A stretch of DNA of 27,249 bases, from positions 1-27,249 of the forward strand of contig CAZAFH010000108.1 in assembly GCA_964484265.1 (NCBI GenBank), written 5' to 3'. The translations under genes were made by a program, and so were the position numbers. How positions within the stretch are numbered: the first letter of the stretch is position 1; every line of letters begins with the position of its first letter. The DNA is from an uncultured Singulisphaera sp. (lineage in GTDB: Bacteria > Planctomycetota > Planctomycetia > Gemmatales > Gemmataceae). A model generated the notes under the pieces. It had not been told where the DNA came from. It did no database searches and was given only the letters and a program-made list of their open reading frames with translations. Shown here piece by piece: positions 8,667-16,283 of the stretch.

Positions 8667-8960
8667 GGCAGACCTCCTTGTCAAGGGAGAAGAGTGCGAT
8701 TCTGGCCAGCGGCAATCACTCAGGAACGTTGAGTTCTTCTAGTAAAGTTCCGTGAAGACACGAAGTGTTCTCTGCGACTGTCGTGTGAAATCATCTTCAA
8801 AAATACTTGACACAAAACTCTTCACAACATCATCCTTCCTCGTCCGTGGGTTGTTACATTACTTCAAAACTCCACCACGATTGCCAGCATGTGCGCTGGT
8901 CGAGCGTGCTGGTGGGCCGACTCGAACGAGGCCCAATCCGACACCGAGGAACCGATCATC

Positions 8961-9779
8961 ATGACGACGATCCAGCAGCAGTATGACGAGGTCATTGCAC
9001 TTCATTACGATCTCGATCCGCAGGCGGTGACAGGCTCGACTCTCAATCGAGCCGTCGAACAGATCAAGAAACAGGAGCTCCTCAGCGATCTCACCACGCC
9101 GCTCCGCGTTTACGACGTCGGCATGGGCACGGGCATCTTCCTCAGCCGGCTCATTGCGCTAGCCGAGGGTCAGGTCCAACCGTTCGGCCTTGATCTTTCG
9201 CAGAAGATGATCGATTGCGCCTATCAGAAAATCCCCGATCTCGCCGGCGCTGTCGATACCGCGGCAAATCTCGACGCGCACTTCCCGGAGCAATCGTTCG
9301 ACCTGATCTCCACGCACTTCATCAGCGGGTTCGTTCCCCTCGATGTGCTGGCGCCGAAAGTCTTCAGCCGCCTCGAAGAAGGCGGGTACTGGTCTTACCT
9401 CGGCGCGACCAAGGGAGCCTATCCGGCACTGCAGTCGGCGTCCAACAATCGTGCTTTGCGATGGATCTTCGGCGGTCCGAAGCTCGATCTCGACAGCATG
9501 GTCCTCAGCCCCACCAACCAAAAGGAAGTGCTCGAAACCATGGAACGCAACGGTTTCGTGGTGCGCCAGTGCGAGACCTTCGAGCCGAAACTCAAGTTCC
9601 GCAACCTCAACGAATTCCTTGAATTTGGTTACTACGGCGGCTGGCTGACGCCATTCATCGACGCCATCGGCCTGCACAAGGCAGGTGCATTCACGCGGTT
9701 CTTGTTGGACCGCTTTGTCTTCCCGATCGAAGATCACCACAGCATCGAAATACATCTAGCACAGAAAATCACAAACTGA
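8961..9779 (+). CDS. Class I SAM-dependent methyltransferase
   Basis: SAM-binding motif I VYDVGMGTGIF. Downstream acidic and aromatic blocks (GLDLSQKMI, FDLISTHF). ATG at 8961 is preceded by GAGGAA. The 8889 start in the track adds an implausible Cys/Trp-rich leader. Confidence 0.8.
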   Translation: MTTIQQQYDEVIALHYDLDPQAVTGSTLNRAVEQIKKQELLSDLTTPLRVYDVGMGTGIFLSRLIALAEGQVQPFGLDLSQKMIDCAYQKIPDLAGAVDTAANLDAHFPEQSFDLISTHFISGFVPLDVLAPKVFSRLEEGGYWSYLGATKGAYPALQSASNNRALRWIFGGPKLDLDSMVLSPTNQKEVLETMERNGFVVRQCETFEPKLKFRNLNEFLEFGYYGGWLTPFIDAIGLHKAGAFTRFLLDRFVFPIEDHHSIEIHLAQKITN

Positions 9780-9785
9780 ACGACG

Positions 9786-9815
9786 AAAGGCCAAGGACAT
9801 GTTTCCTTGGCCTTT
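9786..9815 (+). terminator. Rho-independent terminator after the methyltransferase gene
   Basis: AAAGGCCAAGGA-catgtt-TCCTTGGCCTTT, a 12-bp perfect stem starting 7 nt after the stop. It runs into TTTTGCCTTT. Confidence 0.6.
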
Positions 9816-9836
9816 TGCCTTTGAGGAGGGTTGCTC

Positions 9837-11141
9837 TTGAAGATTGCAATTATTTCCGAAGTATTTTTGCCGAAGATCGACGGCGTCGTCAATCGCACGT
9901 TGAACCTGATTCGACAGCTGCCGCGCTATGGCGACGAACTGCTGATCGTCTGCCCGCAGGCGCCGGGATGCGACCAATGCCCCGTGCCGGTGGTGGATGT
10001 GCCAAGTTTCTCCTTCCCGCTGTATCCCGAGTATCGCATCGGCATGCCAGATCGAAGGTTAGTGGACAGCCTTCGGCGATTCGAGCCGGATGTGCTCCAT
10101 TACGTGAATCCGTTTGCGTTCGGCTTCCGGTGCAATGACGTGCTGCGGCGAGCGGGCATGAGCGTGCCGAGCGTTTTTTCGTTCCACACGCTGTATGGCG
10201 AGTTTGTCAAGGGCTACAAGGCCCTCAAACCGATGTCGTCGCTCATCTGGTGGCTGATGCGCGAATACCACAATCGAGCGGATGTGAACTTGACCGTATC
10301 CGGTATCGTGCAGGAGGATCTGGTGAAGCGTGGGTTCAAGAGCGTCGAACTTTGGCCGCCGGCGGTGGACAGCGACCTGTTTCACCCCAATCGAAAAAGT
10401 ACCGCGATGCGCGATCGACTGACGAATGGCCGGCCTGACAAGAAGTTGTTGTTGACGGTGTCGCGGCTCGCGCCGGAAAAAAATGTCGGGTTCATCGCCG
10501 ATGTGCTGCGGGAAATTCCCGACGCCTGTTTGGCAATCGTCGGCGATGGGCCGGCGCGATCGGATCTCGAACGCCGATTCCAGGGCACGGACTCCCGCTT
10601 CGTCGGCTATTTGAAGGGCGAAGAGTTGGCGTCCGCGTACGCATCTGCCGACGCCTTCGTGTATGCGTCCGAAACGGAGACGATGGGCAATGTCGTCCTC
10701 GAAGCGATGGCGTGCGGCTCTGCCGTGGTAGCGCCTCGCGCGGGCGGCATTCCGAATCTCGTCGCTCATGGCGAGACCGGTTTTCTCTTTCAGCCGCGCG
10801 ACGTGCAAGACGCAGTGCAGTGGACGCGCGAGGCCTTGTCGGAGGGCGTCCGCAAGCAAATTGGCGAGGCGGCACGGCACGCCATCGAAGCCCGTAACTG
10901 GGAGCAGTCAATCGGCCGCGTTCGCGAAACCTACCTTCAAGCCATCGAAAAGGCCGAGCGCGTCGCGCCGCGTTCGACATGGAGCGAACGATTGGCGCAG
11001 ATCACGACCAGGACGCTGGTCTCGCTATTCCGCTCCACCGCCGACCGGAAGAAACGCCGGCTGGACATTTCCCACCACCTCGCGATCCCAGTCGTGGCGC
11101 AGCCGAGTTTCGAAGCGCTGCCGACGAGCCGCGTTGCGTGA
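9837..11141 (+). CDS. GT4-family glycosyltransferase, SqdX/SQD2-like (candidate lipid glycosyltransferase)
   Basis: N-terminus MKIAIISEVFLPKIDGVVNRT. Other blocks: FSFPLYPEYR, FEPDVLHYVNP, RLAPEKN, AIVGDGP, FVGYLKGEELASAYASADAFVYASETETMGNVVLEAMACGSAVVAPRAGGIPNLV..GETGFLF (EX7E-type GT-B C-domain). GAGGAGG at 9823-9829 favours TTG at 9837 over TTG at 9831. Confidence 0.85.
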   Translation: MKIAIISEVFLPKIDGVVNRTLNLIRQLPRYGDELLIVCPQAPGCDQCPVPVVDVPSFSFPLYPEYRIGMPDRRLVDSLRRFEPDVLHYVNPFAFGFRCNDVLRRAGMSVPSVFSFHTLYGEFVKGYKALKPMSSLIWWLMREYHNRADVNLTVSGIVQEDLVKRGFKSVELWPPAVDSDLFHPNRKSTAMRDRLTNGRPDKKLLLTVSRLAPEKNVGFIADVLREIPDACLAIVGDGPARSDLERRFQGTDSRFVGYLKGEELASAYASADAFVYASETETMGNVVLEAMACGSAVVAPRAGGIPNLVAHGETGFLFQPRDVQDAVQWTREALSEGVRKQIGEAARHAIEARNWEQSIGRVRETYLQAIEKAERVAPRSTWSERLAQITTRTLVSLFRSTADRKKRRLDISHHLAIPVVAQPSFEALPTSRVA

Positions 11142-11188
11142 GGTGGGAGAACCTGGAATTCGCGTGCGGGAGCGTATGCAATAGAGGC

Positions 11189-11716
11189 CTACGCCCCCCG
11201 TTCGCCTTTGACGAGGAGATCGGCCTGCAGTCCGGGCGACGTGAGAACATTCAGAACGATCGGTACCTCGTAGATCAATAGAACGACGAACAGCACGGAA
11301 CCCTTCGTGTATTTTTTGTTGAACTCCGTCATATCCGTCTCGACCGTATAAAGCTTGTGGCTCCAGGCCTGAATCTTGTAAGCGATTGGAATGATAATTA
11401 AGTACGCCCACCACGGGATCGTCACCCACAATGCCGCCGCAAAGATGACGCCCAGAAACAAGAGGGTGGATGCAAGAACGCGGATCGGGACATTGGGCGC
11501 GATCGCGGCGAGGTACGCCAATGCCGGAATGGCGAGCACCCATTCGACGCCCGCCAACCAGTAGAGAAGCCCGTAGACCGCGTACCAGATCGCAAACAGT
11601 GCAATCAAGTGCAGCACGTTGATCCCGAGTTGCGAATGCCGGCACAGGTGTCGAGCACAAAGTTCGTCGAACTCAACCAGCAGCAGGCGCATGGGCCGAC
11701 TTGTCAGTGTTGCCAT
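11189..11716 (-). CDS. Polytopic membrane protein, tentatively DUF962/Mpo1-like
   Basis: ATG at 11716 is preceded by GGAG. The part of the track ORF upstream of that ATG overlaps the aminotransferase gene. There are 4-5 TM helices. His/Asn pattern CRHSQLGINVLHLI and later IQAWSHKLYTVE resemble the two conserved His blocks of DUF962. The family call is from memory only. Confidence 0.6.
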   Translation of the reverse strand: MATLTSRPMRLLLVEFDELCARHLCRHSQLGINVLHLIALFAIWYAVYGLLYWLAGVEWVLAIPALAYLAAIAPNVPIRVLASTLLFLGVIFAAALWVTIPWWAYLIIIPIAYKIQAWSHKLYTVETDMTEFNKKYTKGSVLFVVLLIYEVPIVLNVLTSPGLQADLLVKGERGA

Positions 11717-13757
11717 GTCTTCTTCTCCATAATCCGAGCGATTTGAGCATGCCGCTGGCGGCACTTGTAAGCAGCTTGTAGAACGGCCGACGAATGACCT
11801 CGCCGATCGTTGCACACATTTGGCGAATTTCGTCCGGCTGAATCGTCAGAGGCGGCGTGATTTTGAGAACGTTGGGTTCGTATTGGCAGAAGCCCACGAG
11901 CACCGGAAAACGCGGATGCTGCAGCATGCTTGAAAGGTAGAACCAAAAGAGCCGTTTCTTGAACCAGCGTTGCGGCCAGGGCGTCGCGTCCAGTTCGATG
12001 CCGATCAGTAGACCGTGGACGCGAACCTCGCGCACTGCCGAACACGCCGCCAATTCCTCCCGAAGCAGTTTCGCGAATAGCTCTCCCGAGGAAACGACCT
12101 GTTCGCTCAGGCCAACTCTCTCGGCAAAGCGCAACACGTTAACCGCCGTGCGACATCCGAACGGGAACGCGAATCGCTTGCGGATCGCGGCAGGCAGCGT
12201 CGATCCGGCAGCGGAAAGTCTAGCCTGGACGTGCTCGGAATAAAGCGTCAGCGCGAACGGAAACATCATGTCGGAAACCGCTTTGCCAACGACCATCAGG
12301 TCCGGCGTCAACCCCATCGCACGGGAAAGCGAGAACTGCCCCGTGCGAAACATGCCGGTCTGAATTTCGTCGATCAGCAGCAAACAACCGTGCCGCGCTC
12401 GGCAGGCGTCGAGGTGCCGCACGACGGGTTCAGGCACGGGCCGAACGCCGCCCACGCCCTGGACCAATTCCATCTGGACGACGGCAATCGGATGCCGAGC
12501 CATCGCCGCGTCGATCTGCGCGATAGCGTCATCGGCAAACGGATCCACGTAGATCACGTCGCCGTACAGCGGGTCGATGTGCTCCTTGTAGGTCGAGTTC
12601 CACGTGCCCGTGAGCGCGAAGAGCGTCTTGCCGCCGAACCCCGATTTGAGCGCGAGCACATGCCGTATCGGGAATTGCGCGGCAAGAGCGATCTTGAGCG
12701 CGTTCTCGACGGCGCCGGAACCGCTGACTGAGGGCAAGACGTGATCGTGGCCCGTCAATTCCTTGAGTCGCGCGGCGAGTTCCGCCTCGCAATCAACATC
12801 GGCGAACGCGGCGATTTCCTCGGCATAGGTCGGCGGATTATGCCCGCGGACGCTGCATGCGACGCCGCCTACGGTGTCGAGAACCGGTCGCCCGTCGGCT
12901 ATCACGTAATGGCCGGCCGCGCGTATCCGAGGCGTGTCGTACCCTGTCGCCGCGATCGCGCTCGCAAGCGATGGACTATACAATCGGCGGAGCCTCTTTA
13001 GTCGCAGGTCTGGATTGGTGTCGATCTCGCGTAGCTCCTCCTGAACAATCGCGAAAAACTCGGGATCGTCCTTTTCGAGGCAGCGCATGAAGTGCAGCGC
13101 CGAAATCGTGTTGGGCTGAAACGTCGTCGAGTGGAAAGTCGATTTCCCAGGCTTGTTCCAGTGGTCGTACAACCGCCGGGTCGCCGAGAAGGCGCCGAAG
13201 GGCACTTCGTCATTGACGAACGATCCATCGAACACCACGATGTCGGGCGGATTCGCGGGCAGCAACATTTTCAGACGATGCCGATCGACGCAAACGATCA
13301 CCAACGCGCCTTCACTCGCCAATCGCTTCGCAAGACTCGCGTGTGAAGTTGGATCGTCGCCGGAGGCCAGTACGACGAATCCAAACTTGGCGTCCGTCGG
13401 CACGGCTTCGATCTTGCCAACCACGGTCAGCCCAGGCACGAACACGACGTTGCCTTCCGAGGCGAAAGGCCCAAGCCGATCCTCGGGGTCAATCACCAGG
13501 CCCGCCGTGGATTTGCCCGCCACGCTGCAACAGTACCGCGCCAGCTTGATCGCTCCGCTGAGCGCCTCGTCGAAGCTGTTCGCGAGAAACGATTGGTATT
13601 CCTCTGCGTTCTTGGCAAGAGACAGCCTGGACGCCTGCGCATATCGAGACAGGCAGAAACAGGTCTGCGCGACGTACGGGTTGAGATAGAGCCGAAACAG
13701 GTTCGGCAACTGCTCGCGCAACATCTGGTCCACGGTCGCTGTGAGGCGGTCATCCAT
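11673..13757 (-). CDS. Class-III (omega) aminotransferase: degenerate N-terminal AT-fold copy fused to an intact PLP-dependent domain
   Basis: C-terminal domain: SGSGAVENALKIA, LLLIDEIQTGMFRTGQF, PDLMVVGKAVSD (Schiff-base Lys), VHGLLIGIEL, VLKITPPLTI. N-terminal ~280 aa: LYLNPYV, NSFDEALSGAIKLARY, PPDIVVFDGSFVNDEVPFGAFSA (no Lys), FHSTTFQPNTISA. The first ATG is at 13757; the track start at 13805 is a TTG that overlaps the upstream gene. Confidence 0.85.
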   Translation of the reverse strand: MDDRLTATVDQMLREQLPNLFRLYLNPYVAQTCFCLSRYAQASRLSLAKNAEEYQSFLANSFDEALSGAIKLARYCCSVAGKSTAGLVIDPEDRLGPFASEGNVVFVPGLTVVGKIEAVPTDAKFGFVVLASGDDPTSHASLAKRLASEGALVIVCVDRHRLKMLLPANPPDIVVFDGSFVNDEVPFGAFSATRRLYDHWNKPGKSTFHSTTFQPNTISALHFMRCLEKDDPEFFAIVQEELREIDTNPDLRLKRLRRLYSPSLASAIAATGYDTPRIRAAGHYVIADGRPVLDTVGGVACSVRGHNPPTYAEEIAAFADVDCEAELAARLKELTGHDHVLPSVSGSGAVENALKIALAAQFPIRHVLALKSGFGGKTLFALTGTWNSTYKEHIDPLYGDVIYVDPFADDAIAQIDAAMARHPIAVVQMELVQGVGGVRPVPEPVVRHLDACRARHGCLLLIDEIQTGMFRTGQFSLSRAMGLTPDLMVVGKAVSDMMFPFALTLYSEHVQARLSAAGSTLPAAIRKRFAFPFGCRTAVNVLRFAERVGLSEQVVSSGELFAKLLREELAACSAVREVRVHGLLIGIELDATPWPQRWFKKRLFWFYLSSMLQHPRFPVLVGFCQYEPNVLKITPPLTIQPDEIRQMCATIGEVIRRPFYKLLTSAASGMLKSLGLWRRRHGNTDKSAHAPAAG

Positions 13758-13764
13758 TGTCTGC

Positions 13765-15384
13765 TTACTCGCTATGCTTGCCAGGATTGGATCGAACGAT
13801 CGCAAACGTCCGTTTCAGGTAGGCCTCGAATACGCCGCGGTTCCAGCGGAACATGAACATATCCGCCGACACACAATCATTTTCGCAAAAAGGCGAATTG
13901 GGCAAACCGTCGCGGCGGATGTAGCGAAGCTGGATCTTTTTCAACGGCAATGCCTGGTGCGTGCGCCAAAAGACCGCGAATTCCTCGGGCGTGAAAAACA
14001 ACTCGACATGCCAGGCCAACCACCGCGTCAGAGCGTGCATCAGAAACGAGGTGACCGCGTTCTCTTCGAGCCGATCCCAAAGTCGGCCGAGCGAATCGCG
14101 CGGCATTTCGAGAGCCGGCGCCGTCGTTTCGGTCAGCGACTTGTAGTATTTGGTGAGTTGGATCTTGTTGCTCCCCGCCGCCGATTTTCGAATTTCCACA
14201 TTCGTGGCTCGTGTATCGCGCAAGGCCTCGACGATCTGGTCGCTGTCGGCATTCTCCAATTCTTGTGTGTGTGCGAAATAGGTGGCCTTCGGTTTGACGC
14301 GCATCCACAATCGCAGGACAAGCATTGGCGAGGCGAAGTTGTAGACGTTCTCGCGAAATCTCGGATCGTCGCTTGTCGCCAGGATGAATCGGTCCTGCAT
14401 CGGATCGTACAGCAGCGCCTTGACGAACGTCTCCGCGACGGTCGTATAATCCGCGGCCGACCCGTGAATCGGTACGTAAAAAGCCGTGCCCAGGCAAACG
14501 TAGGAGTAGTTGGGCAGTACGAAAAGCTCCTGCCCGTCGGTAGCGAGAATGTCCGTGGCTCTGCGAATCGTGGCGCCGCAGTCCGCCTTAATGACGTCCT
14601 TGCTCGTGCGGACGATGCGGTTGCAATGAACCGTGGACACGACCGTGCGGCCTGGATAACGATGACCAAAGTGAACGACGCCATTGTTGTAGCCGACGAT
14701 CTTTACGTATCGAAAGTTGTGCGGATTGTAGAGTGCGAGCAATTCCGTGAAGGACGTTGGCCGAAGCGTGTCGCAATTCCACTGCCGAAGCGACGGCCGC
14801 CAATAGGCCAGCAGGTCAAGAATCATTGCCGCGATATGACCGATCAGCAGCAGCGACAAAAAATAGCAGATGCCTGTGAGGATCGCGGACCAGATGCCGG
14901 AAGTTCGATGCTCGCGCAGGACGTCCTTCCATGAGCGATTTGGGCCGAGGATGGTGACAGGCCGGCGAGGCCCCGTGCGGCGTTTCTCTAATTCGATCGC
15001 CGTGGAAAGCTCGGCATCCGTCACGAAGCAACTGCGCATGCGAGCGGGGACAAGCGGATAGGCGAAACCGAATCGGCGCAGCCAGATCGTGGTGCGCGAA
15101 GCCGTTCCAAGAATATGGCCAGCGCGAAACACGACGACGGGCGCGGAGAGATGCTTCATGCGAGCGAGGACTTCTGCTTCCGCCGCCGCTGCCGAGGCGT
15201 CGCCGAGATGAACGCGAAAACTGCTGACGACTGCGACAGACTCGGCCTTCTCCAATGTTGGCATGAGGGCGTCAAGCGTCCGCAGGCCGTCGGCAAGGTT
15301 GAAGGTGCAGCACGAAAAAGGAGCCTCAGGCTCGTCGTTCAGCCGTCGGCCTTCATCCCTGGTAAGTAAAGACAGGCTGGCCAT
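13765..15384 (-). CDS. FAD-binding (FAD_binding_4 / PCMH-type, ALO-like) oxidoreductase with an internal TM helix
   Basis: VKIVGYNNGVVHFGHRYPG, IKADCGATIRRATDIL and LPNYSYVCLGTAFYVPIHGSA are typical of the FAD_binding_4 fold. Hydrophobic segment IWSAILTGICYFLSLLLIGHIAAMILDLLAYW precedes it. The N-terminal ~150 aa looks like a Rossmann-less remnant of an SDR/epimerase (VVVFRAGHILG). The ATG at 15384 overlaps the psd stop by 32 nt. Confidence 0.7.
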   Translation of the reverse strand: MASLSLLTRDEGRRLNDEPEAPFSCCTFNLADGLRTLDALMPTLEKAESVAVVSSFRVHLGDASAAAAEAEVLARMKHLSAPVVVFRAGHILGTASRTTIWLRRFGFAYPLVPARMRSCFVTDAELSTAIELEKRRTGPRRPVTILGPNRSWKDVLREHRTSGIWSAILTGICYFLSLLLIGHIAAMILDLLAYWRPSLRQWNCDTLRPTSFTELLALYNPHNFRYVKIVGYNNGVVHFGHRYPGRTVVSTVHCNRIVRTSKDVIKADCGATIRRATDILATDGQELFVLPNYSYVCLGTAFYVPIHGSAADYTTVAETFVKALLYDPMQDRFILATSDDPRFRENVYNFASPMLVLRLWMRVKPKATYFAHTQELENADSDQIVEALRDTRATNVEIRKSAAGSNKIQLTKYYKSLTETTAPALEMPRDSLGRLWDRLEENAVTSFLMHALTRWLAWHVELFFTPEEFAVFWRTHQALPLKKIQLRYIRRDGLPNSPFCENDCVSADMFMFRWNRGVFEAYLKRTFAIVRSNPGKHSE

Positions 15385-16234
15385 ACTTGACCCTTAAGTT
15401 GGGAGAAATCAGCGGCGCCACATTGACGCCAGGCGGGGTGATCAGAACCGCGGTCGAGCCAAGCTCGAATGTCGCGATCCATTGCCCGCGTTTGACTTCC
15501 AACGGCGAAGACCACGTCTTTACCGAAAGTTCGTTGCGGCGAGGGCGAAAGTCCGGCGCCGACGGAAGCGAAATATTGCCCACGCCCCAGCCGGCGACCA
15601 TGACGACGAGGCATGGCCCCAGCGGTGTCGAGATGCGCAGGATCATCCGCTCATTCAAGGCATATACCGGAAACTCCGCACGCTGACAGGGCGGATGCAC
15701 CGGCAAGCGATATCCGGGAACATGTATCGCCTCTTCGAGCCTACCGTCCTGCGGGCTGAACACGCGGTGGCAATCGATCGGCGAGAGGAACACGATCGCG
15801 TAATGTCCATCCTCGAACGGGCGCGTGTCCACTTTAGGGAGCAAGGAACTCAGCGAATACTCGATGTTCTTCAGCGTGAGCAGCTTGCCGTGATCGACAC
15901 GACCGAAATCCTGCACCGTTCCATCGCAGGGGTAGAGAAAATGCCGGGTGTCCTCGGCAATAGGGCGAAACTCGGGCTTCACGCCGCGGGTAAAGAGGGC
16001 GTTGAGCGACAGGTAGGCCGACAGCGGCTGCTCGGCTTCATCCTCGTTGATGCCAGGCGGGTATTTCTTGTTGAAGATCGTGCGGTAGAGCGACGTGCGC
16101 AATCGCTTGCTCGGAATACGCAACCGGGCTAATTTCACTCCCATCACGGCTACCAGGAATTTCCACAAACCGCCGTGAACCATCTTCGCCTGGCGGAACT
16201 GCTCGCGCTTGATTGTTTTTATAGGCGTATTCAT
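15353..16234 (-). CDS. psd: Phosphatidylserine decarboxylase family proenzyme (pyruvoyl-dependent)
   Basis: YPCDGTV, FLSPIDCHRVFSPQDG, NERMIL, VAGWGVGNI and the self-cleavage motif FELGSTAVLI (GST). The start is uncertain: TTG 16303 (track), ATG 16246, or ATG 16234. The last is preceded by GAGG with 6-nt spacing. Confidence 0.85.
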   Translation of the reverse strand: MNTPIKTIKREQFRQAKMVHGGLWKFLVAVMGVKLARLRIPSKRLRTSLYRTIFNKKYPPGINEDEAEQPLSAYLSLNALFTRGVKPEFRPIAEDTRHFLYPCDGTVQDFGRVDHGKLLTLKNIEYSLSSLLPKVDTRPFEDGHYAIVFLSPIDCHRVFSPQDGRLEEAIHVPGYRLPVHPPCQRAEFPVYALNERMILRISTPLGPCLVVMVAGWGVGNISLPSAPDFRPRRNELSVKTWSSPLEVKRGQWIATFELGSTAVLITPPGVNVAPLISPNLRVKYGQPVFTYQG

Positions 16235-16283
16235 CTTGGTCCTCATTTTCGGGGAGTTCGCCCCCCAGGGCCTTTTTTGCCGT

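Noticed and set aside
8889-8960. N-terminal 24-aa extension of the methyltransferase in the track ORF (MCAGRACWWADSNEAQSDTEEPII).
   Set aside because: It has no Shine-Dalgarno sequence and an odd composition. The internal ATG at 8961 has GAGGAA upstream and gives a normal methyltransferase N-terminus.
15353-16234. Reading psd as an ordinary housekeeping gene unrelated to its neighbours.
   Set aside because: Not fully rejected, since psd may simply be the housekeeping enzyme. However, pssA is absent, and the tight or overlapping junctions with the flanking flavoenzyme genes argue for co-expression. The operon hypothesis is therefore kept as a finding, not as fact.
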